A stretch of DNA of 64,000 bases from Scyliorhinus canicula (GCF_902713615.1 NC_052171.1:15349952-15413951); one strand, 5' to 3'; positions 36,197-48,570 are shown, counted from the stretch's first letter. A program made the numbers and translations. Notes: generated by a model from the letters alone, not told the origin.

Positions 36197-38985
36197 TCAT
36201 ACTCTCCTGGTTCGGCTGGGGGCTGGCCGGCGGGGGGCCCGGAACTGGTGGAGCGAGCTCGTGGGCTCGGGAGCGCAAGGGGGCGGCAGAATGGGGTGTA
36301 GAGTGAGAGGTCCTTTTGTGGGGGTAGAGGGGGCGCTGGATCCGGCGGGTGCCAGATCCCGGAGGGATACGGTGTCCTGACGGCCGTCAGGGAACTCGAC
36401 GAATGTGTATTGGGGGTTGGAGTGGAGCAGGCGCATCTTTTCAACAAGGGGGTCGGTTTTGTGCGCCCTGACGTGTTTCCTCAGAAGTACGGGACCCGGC
36501 GTCCTCAGCCATGCCGGAAGTGAGTAGTGCCCCTGGAAAAAATGAAGAGCCTCTCGTCTGGTTGGTCGCCGTACACAAAAGGGACCTAATAGCGTGGAGC
36601 GCGTCTGGGAGGACTTCCTGCCACTGGGAGACTTGGAGCTTTCTAGACCGGAGGGTCGGTAGGACGGTCTTCCAGACCGTCGCGTTCTCCCTTTCCACCT
36701 GCCCGTTCCCCCTAGGGTTGTAGCTGATAGACCTGCTCGAGGCAATGCCCTTGTCGAGCAGGTACTGATGCAGCTCATCGCTCATGAAGGACGAACCTCG
36801 GTCGCTGTTTGGGGAAACCAAACAGGGTGAAGATGCTATGCAGGGCCCTAATGACTGTGTGGGAGGTCATGTCATTGCACGGGATAGCGAATGGGAAACG
36901 GGAGAACTCGTCTACGACTTTTAAGAAGTAAACGTTCTTGTTAGTTGAGGAGAGTGGCCCTTTGAAATCAATCGCGAGGCGTTCAAAGGGCCTAGAAGCC
37001 TTGACCAGGTGGGCACTGTCTGGTCTATAGAAGTGCGGTTTGCACTCCGCACAGATCGGGCAGTTCCTGGTGACCGCTTTTACCTCCTCGTTGGAGAAAG
37101 GCAGGTTTTGGGCTCTGATGTAGTGGGCGAGCCGGGTGACCCCCGGGTGGCAGAGGTCATTGTGGATGACTTTTAATCGGTCGATCTGTGCCCTGGCGCA
37201 TGTCCCGCGGGATAGGGCATCTGGAGGCTCGTTGAGCTTCCCGGGTCGATATTTGATATCGTAATTGTAGGTGGAGAGTTCGATCCTCCACCTCAGAATT
37301 TTGTCGTTTTTTATTTTGCCCCTTTGCGAGTTGTCGAACATGAAGGCAACCGATCTTTGGTCGGTGATGAGGGTGAACCTCCTACCTGCGAGGTAGTGCC
37401 TCCAGTGACGGATAGCCTTCACAATGGCTTGTGCTTCTTTCTCGACTGAAGAGTGTCGGAGTTCTGAAGCGGATAGGGTACGGGAGAATAATGCAACTGG
37501 CCTCCCTGCCTGATTTAACGTGGCTGCTTGAGCTACCTCTGAGGCGTCGCTCTCTACCTGGAATGGAGTGGATTCATCCACCACCCGCATGGCCGCTTTG
37601 GCGATGTCCTCCTTGATGCCGTCGAAGGCCTGGCGCGCCTCAGCTGACAGGGGAAATCGTGTGGCCTTAAAGAGTGGGCGGGCTTTGTCCGCATATTGAG
37701 GGACCCACTGGGCGTTGTAGGAAAAAAATCCCAAGCACCATTTGAGTGCCTTGGGGCAATGAGGGGGAAGGAGTTCTTAGAGGCTGTACCACCTGTATAC
37801 GGTCCGGGTCGGGGCCCAGGACTCCGGTTTCTACGACATAGCCGAGGATGGCTAGTCTGGATGTGCGGAAAACGCATTTCTCCTTGTTGTACGCGAGGTT
37901 CAGTTTCTGTGCCGTCTGGAGAAAACAGTGGAGGTTGGCGTCGTGGTCCTGCTGGTCATAGCCACAGATGGTGACATTGTCCAAGTACGGAAACGTGGCC
38001 CGCAGCCCGTACTGATCCACCATTCGGTCCATTGCTTGTTGGAACACCGAGACCCCATTAGTGACGCCGAAAGGGACCCGGAGGAAATGGAAGAGGCGGC
38101 CATTGGCCTCGAATGCCGTGTAGTGGCGGTCCTCCGGGCGGATTGGGTGCTGGTGGTATGCAGACTTCAGATCCACCATGGAAAAGAGCCGATACTGGGT
38201 GATCTGGTTTACCATGTCTGCAATCCTGGGGAGGGGATACGCGTCGAGGAGCGTAAATCTATTTATGGTCTGACTATAGTCGACAACCATGCGGAATTTT
38301 TCCCCTCTATAATCCCCTCTGCTGGCCTCTATAATCCCCTCACTGAGAATCCTTCGGACCTCTGTTCTGATAAATACCCTATCCTGCAGGCTGTACCACC
38401 TGCTACGAGTGGCTACGGGTTTACAGTCCTTTGTGAGATTGGCGAAGAGAGAAGGGGGGGGCGGATTTTCAGCGTAGCGAGGTTGCAGATAGTGAGTGGG
38501 GGCAGGGGCCTGCCAAATCTGAGAGTGAGGCTCTTAAGGTTACATTGAAAGTCTAGGCCTAATAAGAGTGGCGCGCAGAGTTCGGGCAAAACGTAGAGTT
38601 TGAATTTCAAGTAACTAGCTCCTCGGATTGTGAGTGTCGCGGCGGTGCGCCCCTGGATCTGGACCGAGTGGGAGCCTGAAGCGAGCGAGATAATTTGCTG
38701 CATGGGGAAAACGGGGAGCGAACAGCGGCTTACCAGGTCTGGATGTATGAAGCTCTCCATGCTCCCGGAGTCGAAGAGGCATGGCGTTTTGTACCCGTTG
38801 ATATGGATCTCTGCCATCGAATTTCGTAGATTCTTTGGTCGTGATTGGTCCAGGGTGACCGCGCTGAGTTGCGGGTAGTCGGCGGCTCGATCAGCTGTGC
38901 TGGAGTGGCCCCATGATGACTGCCCTCTGAGTTCATAGTCTAATTCGAATTCCTCCGCTGAGTTGTCCGAGCACGGAGATGCCAA
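36197..38985 (-). pseudogene. pol: Gypsy pol: protease, RT, RNase H, integrase (frameshifted)
   Basis: LFDSGS; DAYPLP, DLKSAYHQ, VPFGVTN, YLDN; ESDAS, EKEA, TDQRS, DALSR; HNDLCH...CPIC, IDFKG, SDRG, GNGQVEREN. Confidence 0.92.
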
Positions 38986-39199
38986 TCGGGCCCGTGGATC
39001 GCACGTGGCGGGCGGCGAGGAAGATGGCGGCCCCCATGAGTCTCACGTGGCGGGCAGCGAGGAAGATGGCATCCAAGATGGTGGTCCCCATGAGTCGCAC
39101 TTGGCCGGCCGCGTGGTGGAGGTTTTCCAAGGTGGCGGCCCCCATGGATCGCACGTGGCTGGAGGGGGCCAAGTCGGGGCATAGGCCGCAGTGTTTCGG

Positions 39200-40041
39200 A
39201 CCCCGCAGGGCTGCGAGTGAGGGGAGCGATTACTGCGAGTCGCTGGGGAGTTGGAAGTTGGGGCACTTTTTGCGAGGCACGCCTTTGCGTAATGCCCTTT
39301 TCACCCGCAGCTGCTGCAGGTCGCATTGCGGGCCGGGCAGTGCTGCCGCGGGTGCTGGTTCTAGCCGCAGAAATGGCAGGCTGGAGCATAGTGGCTGGCT
39401 GGAACAGCATAGTGGCTGGCTGGGGCAGCATGGTGGCTGGGCAGCCGCGTAGCACAGGCCTGGGGGAGTCGCTGGTCGGGGGCCCATGATTGGGTCGCGG
39501 GATCCGCGGGGAACGAGTTAAGGCTGTGGAAGGAGACCTCCATCGTGGTAGCAGCATCGACAGTCGTTTCTAAGTCCTGGGCCCCCTTTTCCAGCAGTCG
39601 TTGGCGCACAGTTAGACCTGAGGCCCGCTACAAAAACATTGCGTACAGCAAGTTCCCTGTGTTCAGCCGCGGTAACCGCTTGGTAATTACAGTCATTGGA
39701 CAAATTATTAAGTTCCCTTAGGAATTCGGTGAGTGATTCCGTAGGCCGCTGGCGGCGAGGCGTGAACACATGCCGAGCGTAAACTTCATTACATACCTTA
39801 CATACATTTTTTCGAGAACTGCTAGCGCCGCAGTATATGAACTGGCTGAGTTTAGTTGCGTAGAGATTCTGTGGCTCACCCTCGCGTGCAGTAGACTTAG
39901 CTTCTGATCCTCTGTCGTTTCGGCTGTGCTCGCTTTGGCCAGGTTGGCCTTGAAGCACCGGATCCAGTGGGAGAAGATTTCTTTAGCCTCTGCATCCTGT
40001 GGGTTGAGTTCCAGGCGTCCAGGCTTGAGGGCCGATTCCAT
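39200..40041 (-). pseudogene. gag: Gypsy gag (frameshifted)
   Basis: MESALKPGRLELNP...; RQRPTESLTEFLREL; FVAGL; RQRLLE; Cys/His knuckle region from CHFCG with stops. Confidence 0.85.
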
Positions 40042-41122
40042 AATCGATCTTTACTGTTCTTAAGTCGATTAAATTGATGGAACCATCAATTCACCAGACA
40101 CGTGTTTCCGATGTGAATCTAGGCTTTAATCGACTTACTTCAGAGCCAGCCTGTTACCTGTCGATGAACTCGTAGTGAACTCAGGCTGACTCTGGACAAG
40201 TGTATTTATACAGCTGCACTAGGGGGAAGAGTCGTGGGCGGAGCCAAGGGTGGAGCCCAGTACAAGTTCCTGAGTACTCCCAGCGCTACTCCCCCTCGTG
40301 GTAGGATAGCGCTACTGCGCTTACCAAGACAGTGTGAATTAACATATATACATCTATATTACATTCACCACACTAAGTTTGCTGATCTCTGCTGGGCTGG
40401 TGAGGAGGGTATTGTATTTAGCATTTGGTTCAGATTGGTCAAAGACAATCCTGTTTCACGCTCCACACCTGGTGAAATTGTGTATGTGGGCTGCAGAGTA
40501 ACGGGTTTTGGGTGAACAGAATAACGGTGCTAATGAGTTAATTTGATGATGTAACTGTGACATAGCAGTATGTGCTGGACTGTGCCCAGGAGTGCCCATG
40601 ATGACTCTGTAACCTGTTTAGATATGGTATTAATAAACCAGAATAAAGCAAGTACCAGAGTAAGAGTCTATCGAGGGAAGATAGGTCATGCCTACCAGGT
40701 AAGGGTGGCAGAGGGAAGCACAGACCATCAGGGGAAGATAGGACTGGGCTTGGGTGTTTCGGCCCCTTGAACAGTTCTCAAAACTCAATGGCCAGGCTCA
40801 TAAATTGGTTGTAAATTTGGCCAGCAAAACACTTCAGAACCGGCCACACACAGACTGATTTCCAGTGTGGCAACATTCTTTCTTCTTGGAGTGTTGGTCC
40901 TTGGGTGTCTTCAGTATCTGTTTCCCAAAGGTAGATGATACTGCTACTTGTGAACGTTATTGAGCTGTTTCACTCACCTCCAGTCTTTTGCGATGCATTT
41001 ACAGATCCTGGCTGAAATGATGTGTGAAGCCCATCTCTTTCCGGCTCCCCCTTTGAAAGCATGCGTTCACAGACCGACGGCCGAAACGCATTCGCCGTGG
41101 AAATAATTCTGCTACTTCTATA

Positions 41123-41298
41123 TGAAATGAAAATCGCTTATTGTCACGAGTAGGCTTCAAATGAAGTTACTGTGAAAAGCCCCTAGTCACCACATTCCAG
41201 CACCTGTTCGGGGAGGCTATTACGGGAATCGAACCGTGCTGCTGGCCTGCTTGGTCTGCTTTCAAAGCCAGCAATTTAGCGTTGTGCTAAACAGCCCC
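41123..41298 (-). mobile_element. SINE family D
   Basis: Matches 7555-7735. Confidence 0.85.
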
Positions 41299-42295
41299 TC
41301 TGACACGTTGTTCCCTGTTCCTCACTTCATTCCAATCAACGCAGAGGAGGTTCTTCTGTCTTGTGGTAGGGACAAAGATCTCAACTGTAGTGTGCATTTT
41401 CCTGTTTGGACTTTGATGCACAATTGGATGATTTGTCTATTAGTTTGCTTGAACCCAGTTTTTTTGGAGTCCTTGGCTGGAACTTTATCATTGAGAATGA
41501 AGGGGACAGGTTGTGCACTAACCTGCAATCTCTTGCATTGCTTTTCATAGATATTTGTGTTCTTGTGTTATTTAATGGAAGACGATCAGTGTGTAGGTCT
41601 CCTGTTAGCAGCCTACAAGACTTCCGATCCTGTCACATCTCGATGTCAGATGCCGATTGGCGTTTTGGACGGAATCCTCGGTTCAGCATCCCGGCCCAGA
41701 AGATGAGCTGCATATTTCCATCTGCTTATGCAGATCTGTAAATTTCTCATGTTTTGTTTCAGAAATTTAATCACGGGGTTCTGATTGCACTCTAATTGCT
41801 AAATGGAAAAAAAAAACTTCCCTCTTTCAGTTCGAGTGGGGGAAATTGTAAACTCATTATCCATTTAATGTTCAGAGGAGCATTAGTCAGATTGGCAGCT
41901 GCAGCTCATTCTCTGCCATTGTTGGCTCGCCAGCTTAGACAAGTTCGGGTCGGGAAACCAATATGAGAGAGGGGAAAAAACCCTGTGGATAGCTGGAAGG
42001 AGACCGGATCAGAAAACTTGTTTGTGAAGCTGTTATTGGAACAGGTGCAGGTTTGATACCCTGGAAGGATGTCCTCAAAAAAGGGTCAACTTCTCCGGAG
42101 TCCGACGAGAACTTACTTTGCAAAGACCCTTTCGCATTGCAAAAACCTCTTCAAGGAGATGGTGCCCCTGTTCTTGAGATTGAAGCTTATACATAACTTT
42201 GTGCGTCGTCTAGATTTTATTGAGTACCAAATTCATTCAGGTGGAATTAGAGTTATAGAGTCGTTGATGTTTGCAGCATGGAAACAAGCCATTTA

Positions 42296-42627
42296 GGGCA
42301 GCACGGTAGCATTGTGGTTAGCACAATCGCTTCACAGCTCCTGGGTCCCAGGTTCGATTCCCGGCTTGGGTCACTGTCTGTGCGGAGTCTGCACATCCTC
42401 CCCGTGTGTGTGCGTGGGTTTCCTCCGGGTGCTCCGGTTTCCTCCCACAGTCCAAAGATGTGCAGGTTAGGTGGATTGGCCATGATAAATTGCCCTTAGT
42501 GTTGGGTGGGGTTATGGGGATAGGGTGGAGGTGTTGACCTTGGGTAGGGTGCTCTTTCCAAGAGCCGGTGCAGACTTGATGGGCCAAATGGCCTCCTTCT
42601 GCACTGTAAATTCTATGAATTCTATGA
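42296..42627 (+). mobile_element. HE1-like V-SINE, tail type B
   Basis: Full-length copy. Confidence 0.9.
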
Positions 42628-43195
42628 TAAGCCCTTCAGCCCAGCTTGTCTACGCTATTCAGTTTCTATCACTAAGCTAGTCCCACTATCGTGAAGGTAG
42701 TCCCATAATCACTAGACTTGTCCCACAATTGCCTTCTCACCTGGCACATTTCCAATGTAAGATTATGTTCTACGCCAACTGGGGACAGAAGGAGGTCCAC
42801 CATGGAGCTATAACATCCACCAGATTTCAATGTCTGAACTAAAATGAATTAGTTCTGCTTTAACTCTGAAACCTGGTGACAGCACTCTGATACGAATATG
42901 TCCAACGCATATTTTGGGATGGGGAAATAGATGGAGAGGTGGGGATTGAATTGTGATACATAGGGTAGATTTTTGTTCAAAGATCAAACCCCAGTTGGGT
43001 GCAACAACCTTGTTATTCAAGGCTTGCATGTTCTTAGCAGGTGAGCAGAGTAACAATGTCTGTTGGGGTTTTGTTCCTGCACATGAGTATGCAGGTCAAA
43101 CTGCAGCTGCTTGAGATTGTTTCCTCCAGTGGCTGATGTTTTGTTGCATGTTCTAGATGGAGTTTCTACGGGGTTTGCCTACTATCCTTGAGTAA

Positions 43196-43351
43196 TGATG
43201 TGGTGATGCCGGTGTTGGACTGGGGTGGGCACAGTAAGACGTCTTACAACAGCAGATTAAAGTCCAACAGGTTTGTTTTGAATCACTAGCTTTCGGAGCA
43301 CTGCTCCTTTCACCTGTGTGTTGTAACCTGGTGTTGTAAGACTTCTTACTG
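43196..43351 (-). mobile_element. Miniature Penelope-like insertion with short inverted arm
   Basis: 13-bp TSD tatccttgagtaa (43183-43195, 43352-43364); minus-strand pLTR end plus inverted aacctggtgttgtaagacttcttactg. Confidence 0.9.
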
Positions 43352-43411
43352 TATCCTTGAGTAAGGTACACAAGACTGTAATTCATTGAAACCATAAATA
43401 TTTTATTACAG

Positions 43412-43886
43412 TGTTGTGTTATGTACTCTGGGATAACACAGGCTGCAACTTGATGCAGCTTTGACCAAAAGATACTCCAGACTTTGAAGTAAGTTCAATG
43501 TGATTTATTGAACCATTAGCACAGTTCTCTATGAGTTCGACTCTCCTGCTAATCTTGCTATAGTAACTCAGTCTAACTAACCAGCCTGCTCTAAGCCATG
43601 TGGTGGGTGTGATGCTTCTGATCTGCCCCTGTCCCACTCTCAAAGTGTCACCTGTGGAAAGAGACAGAGCATGTGGGTCCTGCCATTATATCTGGGTTCT
43701 GTAAATGCCCCCTTGTGGCAGTGTCATCTCTGGGTGTCTTGACAACCCATTGGTCGTGTCCTACTCTGTGTTCATTAGCTGTATGTCTGCATGTCATGAC
43801 ATCTCTGGTGCTCCCTCTAGTGTTTGCTTAGTCCTAGTGTATTTAAATTAACCCCTTGTGTATTTACAGTGATGCATATCACCACA
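43412..43886 (-). mobile_element. Solo LTR (family X)
   Basis: TG...CA, TSD tacag (43407-43411, 43887-43891); homologous to 30735-31187. Confidence 0.92.
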
Positions 43887-44539
43887 TACAGCTCAATGTC
43901 GTCCGAGCTCTGCACTAGATTTGGGCATCTCCTTCCTCCAGGTCCCTGTTACTTAACTTCAAAAATCGTTTCAAATAAATTGTTTGCCACCAGATTTCTG
44001 CTGAATGTCGCACCATTTGCTTTGCCAGTACAGGGCCTGGGAAGAACTCGTCGAACCGAGTTGAGCCCTCAGTAAATGTGTGTGTTTTTTAAAAATGGAG
44101 TGTGAAAGTTGCTGAAATAAGGGAGGTTGCCGATGAAGACTGAGAACTGGAGGCTCTCGGCAATTTATGAGGTTCACAGATCTGAGTCAAACAGAAAGAT
44201 GGTGGCCCTCAACCTTACGGTGTTGAGGTGGCCTCCCTCGGGCCTGATGAACGATCCAAATAATTTAACAAAACAACACCGAAGAACGTTGTAAAATCCA
44301 CATCTCGTGAGTCAGCATGTGAATGCGGGAGATGGGCTACATGCTTGAACTGCCTCCCTGGCCTTCCAGTTTTGCTGAAGAGCGGCCGCGTTTTGTGCGC
44401 TCGCTGCTGTTTCGCAACCTACTTTCGATTTTTCCTTTGTTATTCCCGTCGGTCTTTGCCAGCAATGCCTTAACGTATCGCTTCAGCAAGCTGTCAGTGT
44501 TGCCTGTGACTTTGCGGACAGCGGCCATGTCTCTTAAGT

Positions 44540-44880
44540 CAAAAGGTTGCCGGTTCAATTCCTGTTCCAGAGAATTTGGCATAAAAATCAGCACTGACAC
44601 TCCAGAGTGCGACACTGCCAGAGCTGCCATTTTTCAGAGGATGAGTTAGATTGAGGCCCTGTCTGACCTCCTATGTAAGAGATTCCAGGGTGCTGATTTG
44701 AGGAGGAAGAGGGGAATCCTCCACGACCAATATTTATACCACAATTTACACCACATTTGCATGTTATTTTTGGGCTTGATGTGCGCAGGTTGGCTGTGGT
44801 GTGACTCGCATCATCACAGTGTCTGCACTTCAAAAGTCCTTAATTTATTTGTAAAGTGCTTGGGACATCCTGAGGTTATA
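44540..44880 (+). mobile_element. Deu-domain SINE (SacSINE1-like), old
   Basis: ggttcaattcc B-box, central domain, tail cacttcaaaag...tgtaaagtgcttgggacatcctgagg. Confidence 0.6.
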
Positions 44881-44974
44881 AAAATCACCACCAAGCTTCT
44901 TTCCTTAGCACCCACGGGATCTTCAAGATTGACCAAAAGCACTGCGATGGAGGAACCCCGCACTTCAGTGCAAA

Positions 44975-45850
44975 ATGCAAGGCTGAAGCATACGCAATAA
45001 TCTTCATCCAGAAGTGCCAAATGGATGATCCATTTCTGCCTCCCCCAGGCATCTCCAGAATCACAGATGCCAGTCTTCAGCCATTTTGATTCACCCCACA
45101 TAATGTTAAGAAACGGCTGAAGGCACTGGATACTGCATAAACAATGGGCCCTGATAACATTCCAGTGATAGTACTGATGTCTTGTGCTCCGGAAGTTGCC
45201 GCACTCCTAGTCACGCTGTTCCAGTACAGCTACAACACTGGCATGTACCCGTCAATGTGGAAAATTGCCCAGGTCTGTCTTCTGCACAAAAAGCAGGACA
45301 AATCCTCACCTGACTCCCCAAAGCCTGTCCACGACTGACAAGGCCCAAGTCAGGAGTGTGATGGAGGACTGTCCACTTGCCTGGATGAGAGCAGCTTCAA
45401 CAACACTCAAGAAGCTCAACACCTTCCAAGAGAAAACAGCCAACTATATTGACACCCCTTCCACAAATATTCACTCCCTCCACCACCGCGCACACTGGCA
45501 GCTGTGTGTGTCATCCACAAGATACATTGCGGGGACTCAGTAACCCTCCTTAGGCAGCACCTTCCAAACCCATGACCACTACCATCCAGAAGGACAAAGG
45601 CAGCAAATACCTGGGAACCCCACCACCTGGAGGATCCCCTCCAAATCACTCATCACCCTGACTTGAAAATATATCCCCAACGTTCCTTCACTGTCGCTGG
45701 GTCAAAATCCTGGAACTCCCTCCCTAACAGCACCGTGGGTGTACCTACACCACATGGTGTGCAGCTGTTCAAGAAAGCAGCTCATCGTCACCTTCTCAAG
45801 GGCAGTTAGGGAAGGGTAACAAATCCTATTAAAAATTATTTTAAAAAAAA
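44975..45850 (+). mobile_element. CR1/L2-group LINE, internally deleted
   Basis: GPDNIP..VL..CAPE...LFQYSY.TG..P..WK.AQV...HKK; KAQVRSVME; A-rich end. Confidence 0.8.
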
Positions 45851-47943
45851 TAAGTCTTTAAAAAAACTCCTCAGCTGGGAGTACTGGGCTCTGAATCAAT
45901 GTACGGTTAGCTATGATGATTGGGCAGAGGCGGCAGAAAGAGAAGAATGAATTCCAGTGGAAATTTACACAACTGGTGGAAGATTGGATCTGTTTTATTC
46001 AATGAGGTGGCTCACAAAATCATGTTTTAACTCGGTATCTGGGGCCTTCGCAAGATACAACTAACCCTGGAGCCTGATTTAATTTTTTCCTTCTGTCGCC
46101 TGACTTTAAAAAAAATGCTCCTCAGCTTTTCCACGATTTAGAAATTGTCTGTGCTTTAACACTTGCCGGACGTGCAGACCGAGAGACAGATTTAGGATTT
46201 GTATTGAGGCACAATGCTTTGCGTTGTCACCCTCACTGGGTACAATCAAATCATTGGGACTTCAACCATCGCTGATCCCTTGCGGAGATTCAGTGGAGAT
46301 ACTTTGTTTATTCAAATTGTCCCATTACAGTACGTTGATGCCATTACTTACTTGTAAGTGTGAGCCTAAATGCACTCTATGGATTTTCAATTTATGCTGA
46401 ATCGGACATAGATTGAAACATAATTAGATTTTATTTGGCTTTACTGTCTGTTTGCATGCAACATATTACTCAGAATGGTGGAGCTCATTTTCAATATATT
46501 CCCAGTCGGGTCGTCGTTTATTCCTGTTCTATTGGTACATGAATATGTACTTGACCACAGAGCTAATCTCTTTAATTTAAACAATGTGCCTTTAGTTAGT
46601 GAAGTAGAAACCCAACCCTACTTGGAATAACGTTCCAAGTTTCATCTGACTAAAACAGAGGAGCCTGACCCGTCGGTCTGCAGCTTGAGAAAGGCCATTC
46701 TTGCAAACGGACCATTCTTTCTGGGAGGAAGTCGGGAATAGACAAAAAGTTCCAAATGATTTGAGATGAAAGGTTGTGGGATCTGACTTGAGTATTGATT
46801 AATCGCCTCTTCTACTTTGCATCTCCTTCCAAATATACCATGATGCTCTATAAAGAAGGGACCCGGTCAATATTCCTCACCGCCGACAGCTTAATTGAAT
46901 AAAGAACTCGTGATTGAGGTACAAACATTGCTGGCAAGGCTGGCATTTATTGTCCGTCCGTAGTCGCTTTCGAGAGGATGGCGTTGAGTTGCTTTCTTGG
47001 ACAGTTCAGTTGGTACGTGTGGTGTTGTATATTTTACACCTCAGATGCATGTATGTGTACCTCAGATCTGTGTAAAGATTACACTGTGTGCAGATTTTAT
47101 TTACAGTGGGTGAAAATGTCAACTCAATCTTGCAGCTCTCGCACCCATCTCCGACAGCGTAGCTTACTTTAACTTGTCAAGCACGGTGAGCATCAATATA
47201 AGCAGACTCACATAATCAAACACACAAGAATTCCACATGATGTGGTGAGGGTGCTGCTGCAGTGCCGTCAGGGATAGGGGGTTGCAGTCCGTGAAATCTT
47301 TGGACGCGCCAGATGGATGCTCAAGTCTGCCGACACAACACCGGTAACTGGGCTTCAAGTGCAACTTGGTGTATGTAGAGGCTGCCCTGAGAGCTCTGGG
47401 GAGCTGCTCCTGGCAATAGAAAGTAAGACAATTGTGCAACTGATTAGTCATACATTTTGAGGTCATCTTTTGTTCTATCACACTACCTTTTTTCCTGAGG
47501 TGCAGTAATTGTATGGGTTCCCCACCGTTCTGAATGCAAACTAACAAAACCAGTTTTCCAAATCTCGTCAGACACCTCAGTCCAACACCCCCCCCCCCCC
47601 CCCCCACCGCCATTTGAATTTAATAGATTTGTAGAATCTCATAGATCCAAGATTCTCAGCAACAAAACAAATATGTGGGCTCCTTGTTTTTTTTAAATGG
47701 GTGCAGCGAAGATTTATGTGCATTGGTGTACAGGACTGAGTGTCAAGACTGGAGGTTTAACACAAACCAGCAAATATTTGTTTTGAGGTGACAATGGTTC
47801 TTCTCTAAAATATTCAAACTCATTACAAAAGCATTGATATGGTTTTATAAGCTGTCATCTTTATTTGAATTTGCTCCTTCCTGGTTAAACCTGTCTGTAT
47901 CGATTGACATGTCTTTCTGTTGTTTGCCAGTGTGCATGTATCT

Positions 47944-48055
47944 CTCATTTTGAGTCTCTTTCTGTCTGTCTCTCTTTGCCTCTCTCTTTCTTAGTGTGTG
48001 TGTGTGTGACTCTCTCTCTCTCATAGATATCTATGTTATATTGTAATATATATAG
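47944..48055. repeat. Compound (TC)/(TG)/(TA) microsatellite
   Basis: Dinucleotide runs seen directly. Confidence 0.8.
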
Positions 48056-48570
48056 GGGGAGATAAGGAGGGGATGAGGTAAAGAGAAGTCGGTGTTGAAG
48101 GGTGAAGAGGTCTGGAGATGGTGAGGGAAGCAACAGTCTGGGACATTTGAAAATAAAAATGGGACTGAGAAAAGGGAATAAGATGAAGATGGGTGATGGA
48201 TGAAATTTAAAACAGAATTTGGAAAGCAGCAGCAAATAAAATTTCAGTTAAATGCATTTAATAAATTAGGAAAAAGATTACAGAATTAATGAAATGAAGA
48301 TGTAGGGTTAATAAAATGATGGGACAATCACACATCAAATACAGCCAAGCAAAATTAATTTAAGGTTATGGCTTCAAGCGGTGAAATTGATTTATGATGG
48401 ATTAGGACTTTTCTGGGGAGAATAAATTAAATATAAGGTTGTCAAGGGGTCAATCAAGAAGGACCTGGAGAAGCAGCACCAAAAATCAGCTTGACCCTCT
48501 TGTGAGTGACCAGGGCTGCAATGCTGTCGGCTCAATGAGGTGAGAAGGTGGCTAGAGACTGGGCAGGGCC

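Larger units (their letters stand above)
35726..40372 (-). mobile_element. Near full-length Gypsy/Ty3 LTR retrotransposon (disabled)
   Basis: LTRs 40075-40372 (5') and 35726-36011 (3'), TG...CA, TSD ctaag (35721-35725, 40373-40377), PPT at 36012-36021; order gag-PR-RT-RH-IN; LTRs differ by about 9 substitutions and one 12-bp indel. Confidence 0.97.

Noticed and set aside
44337-44630. 97-aa minus ORF with a protein-like C-terminus
   Set aside because: Starts inside a SINE; no recognised domain or good splice acceptor
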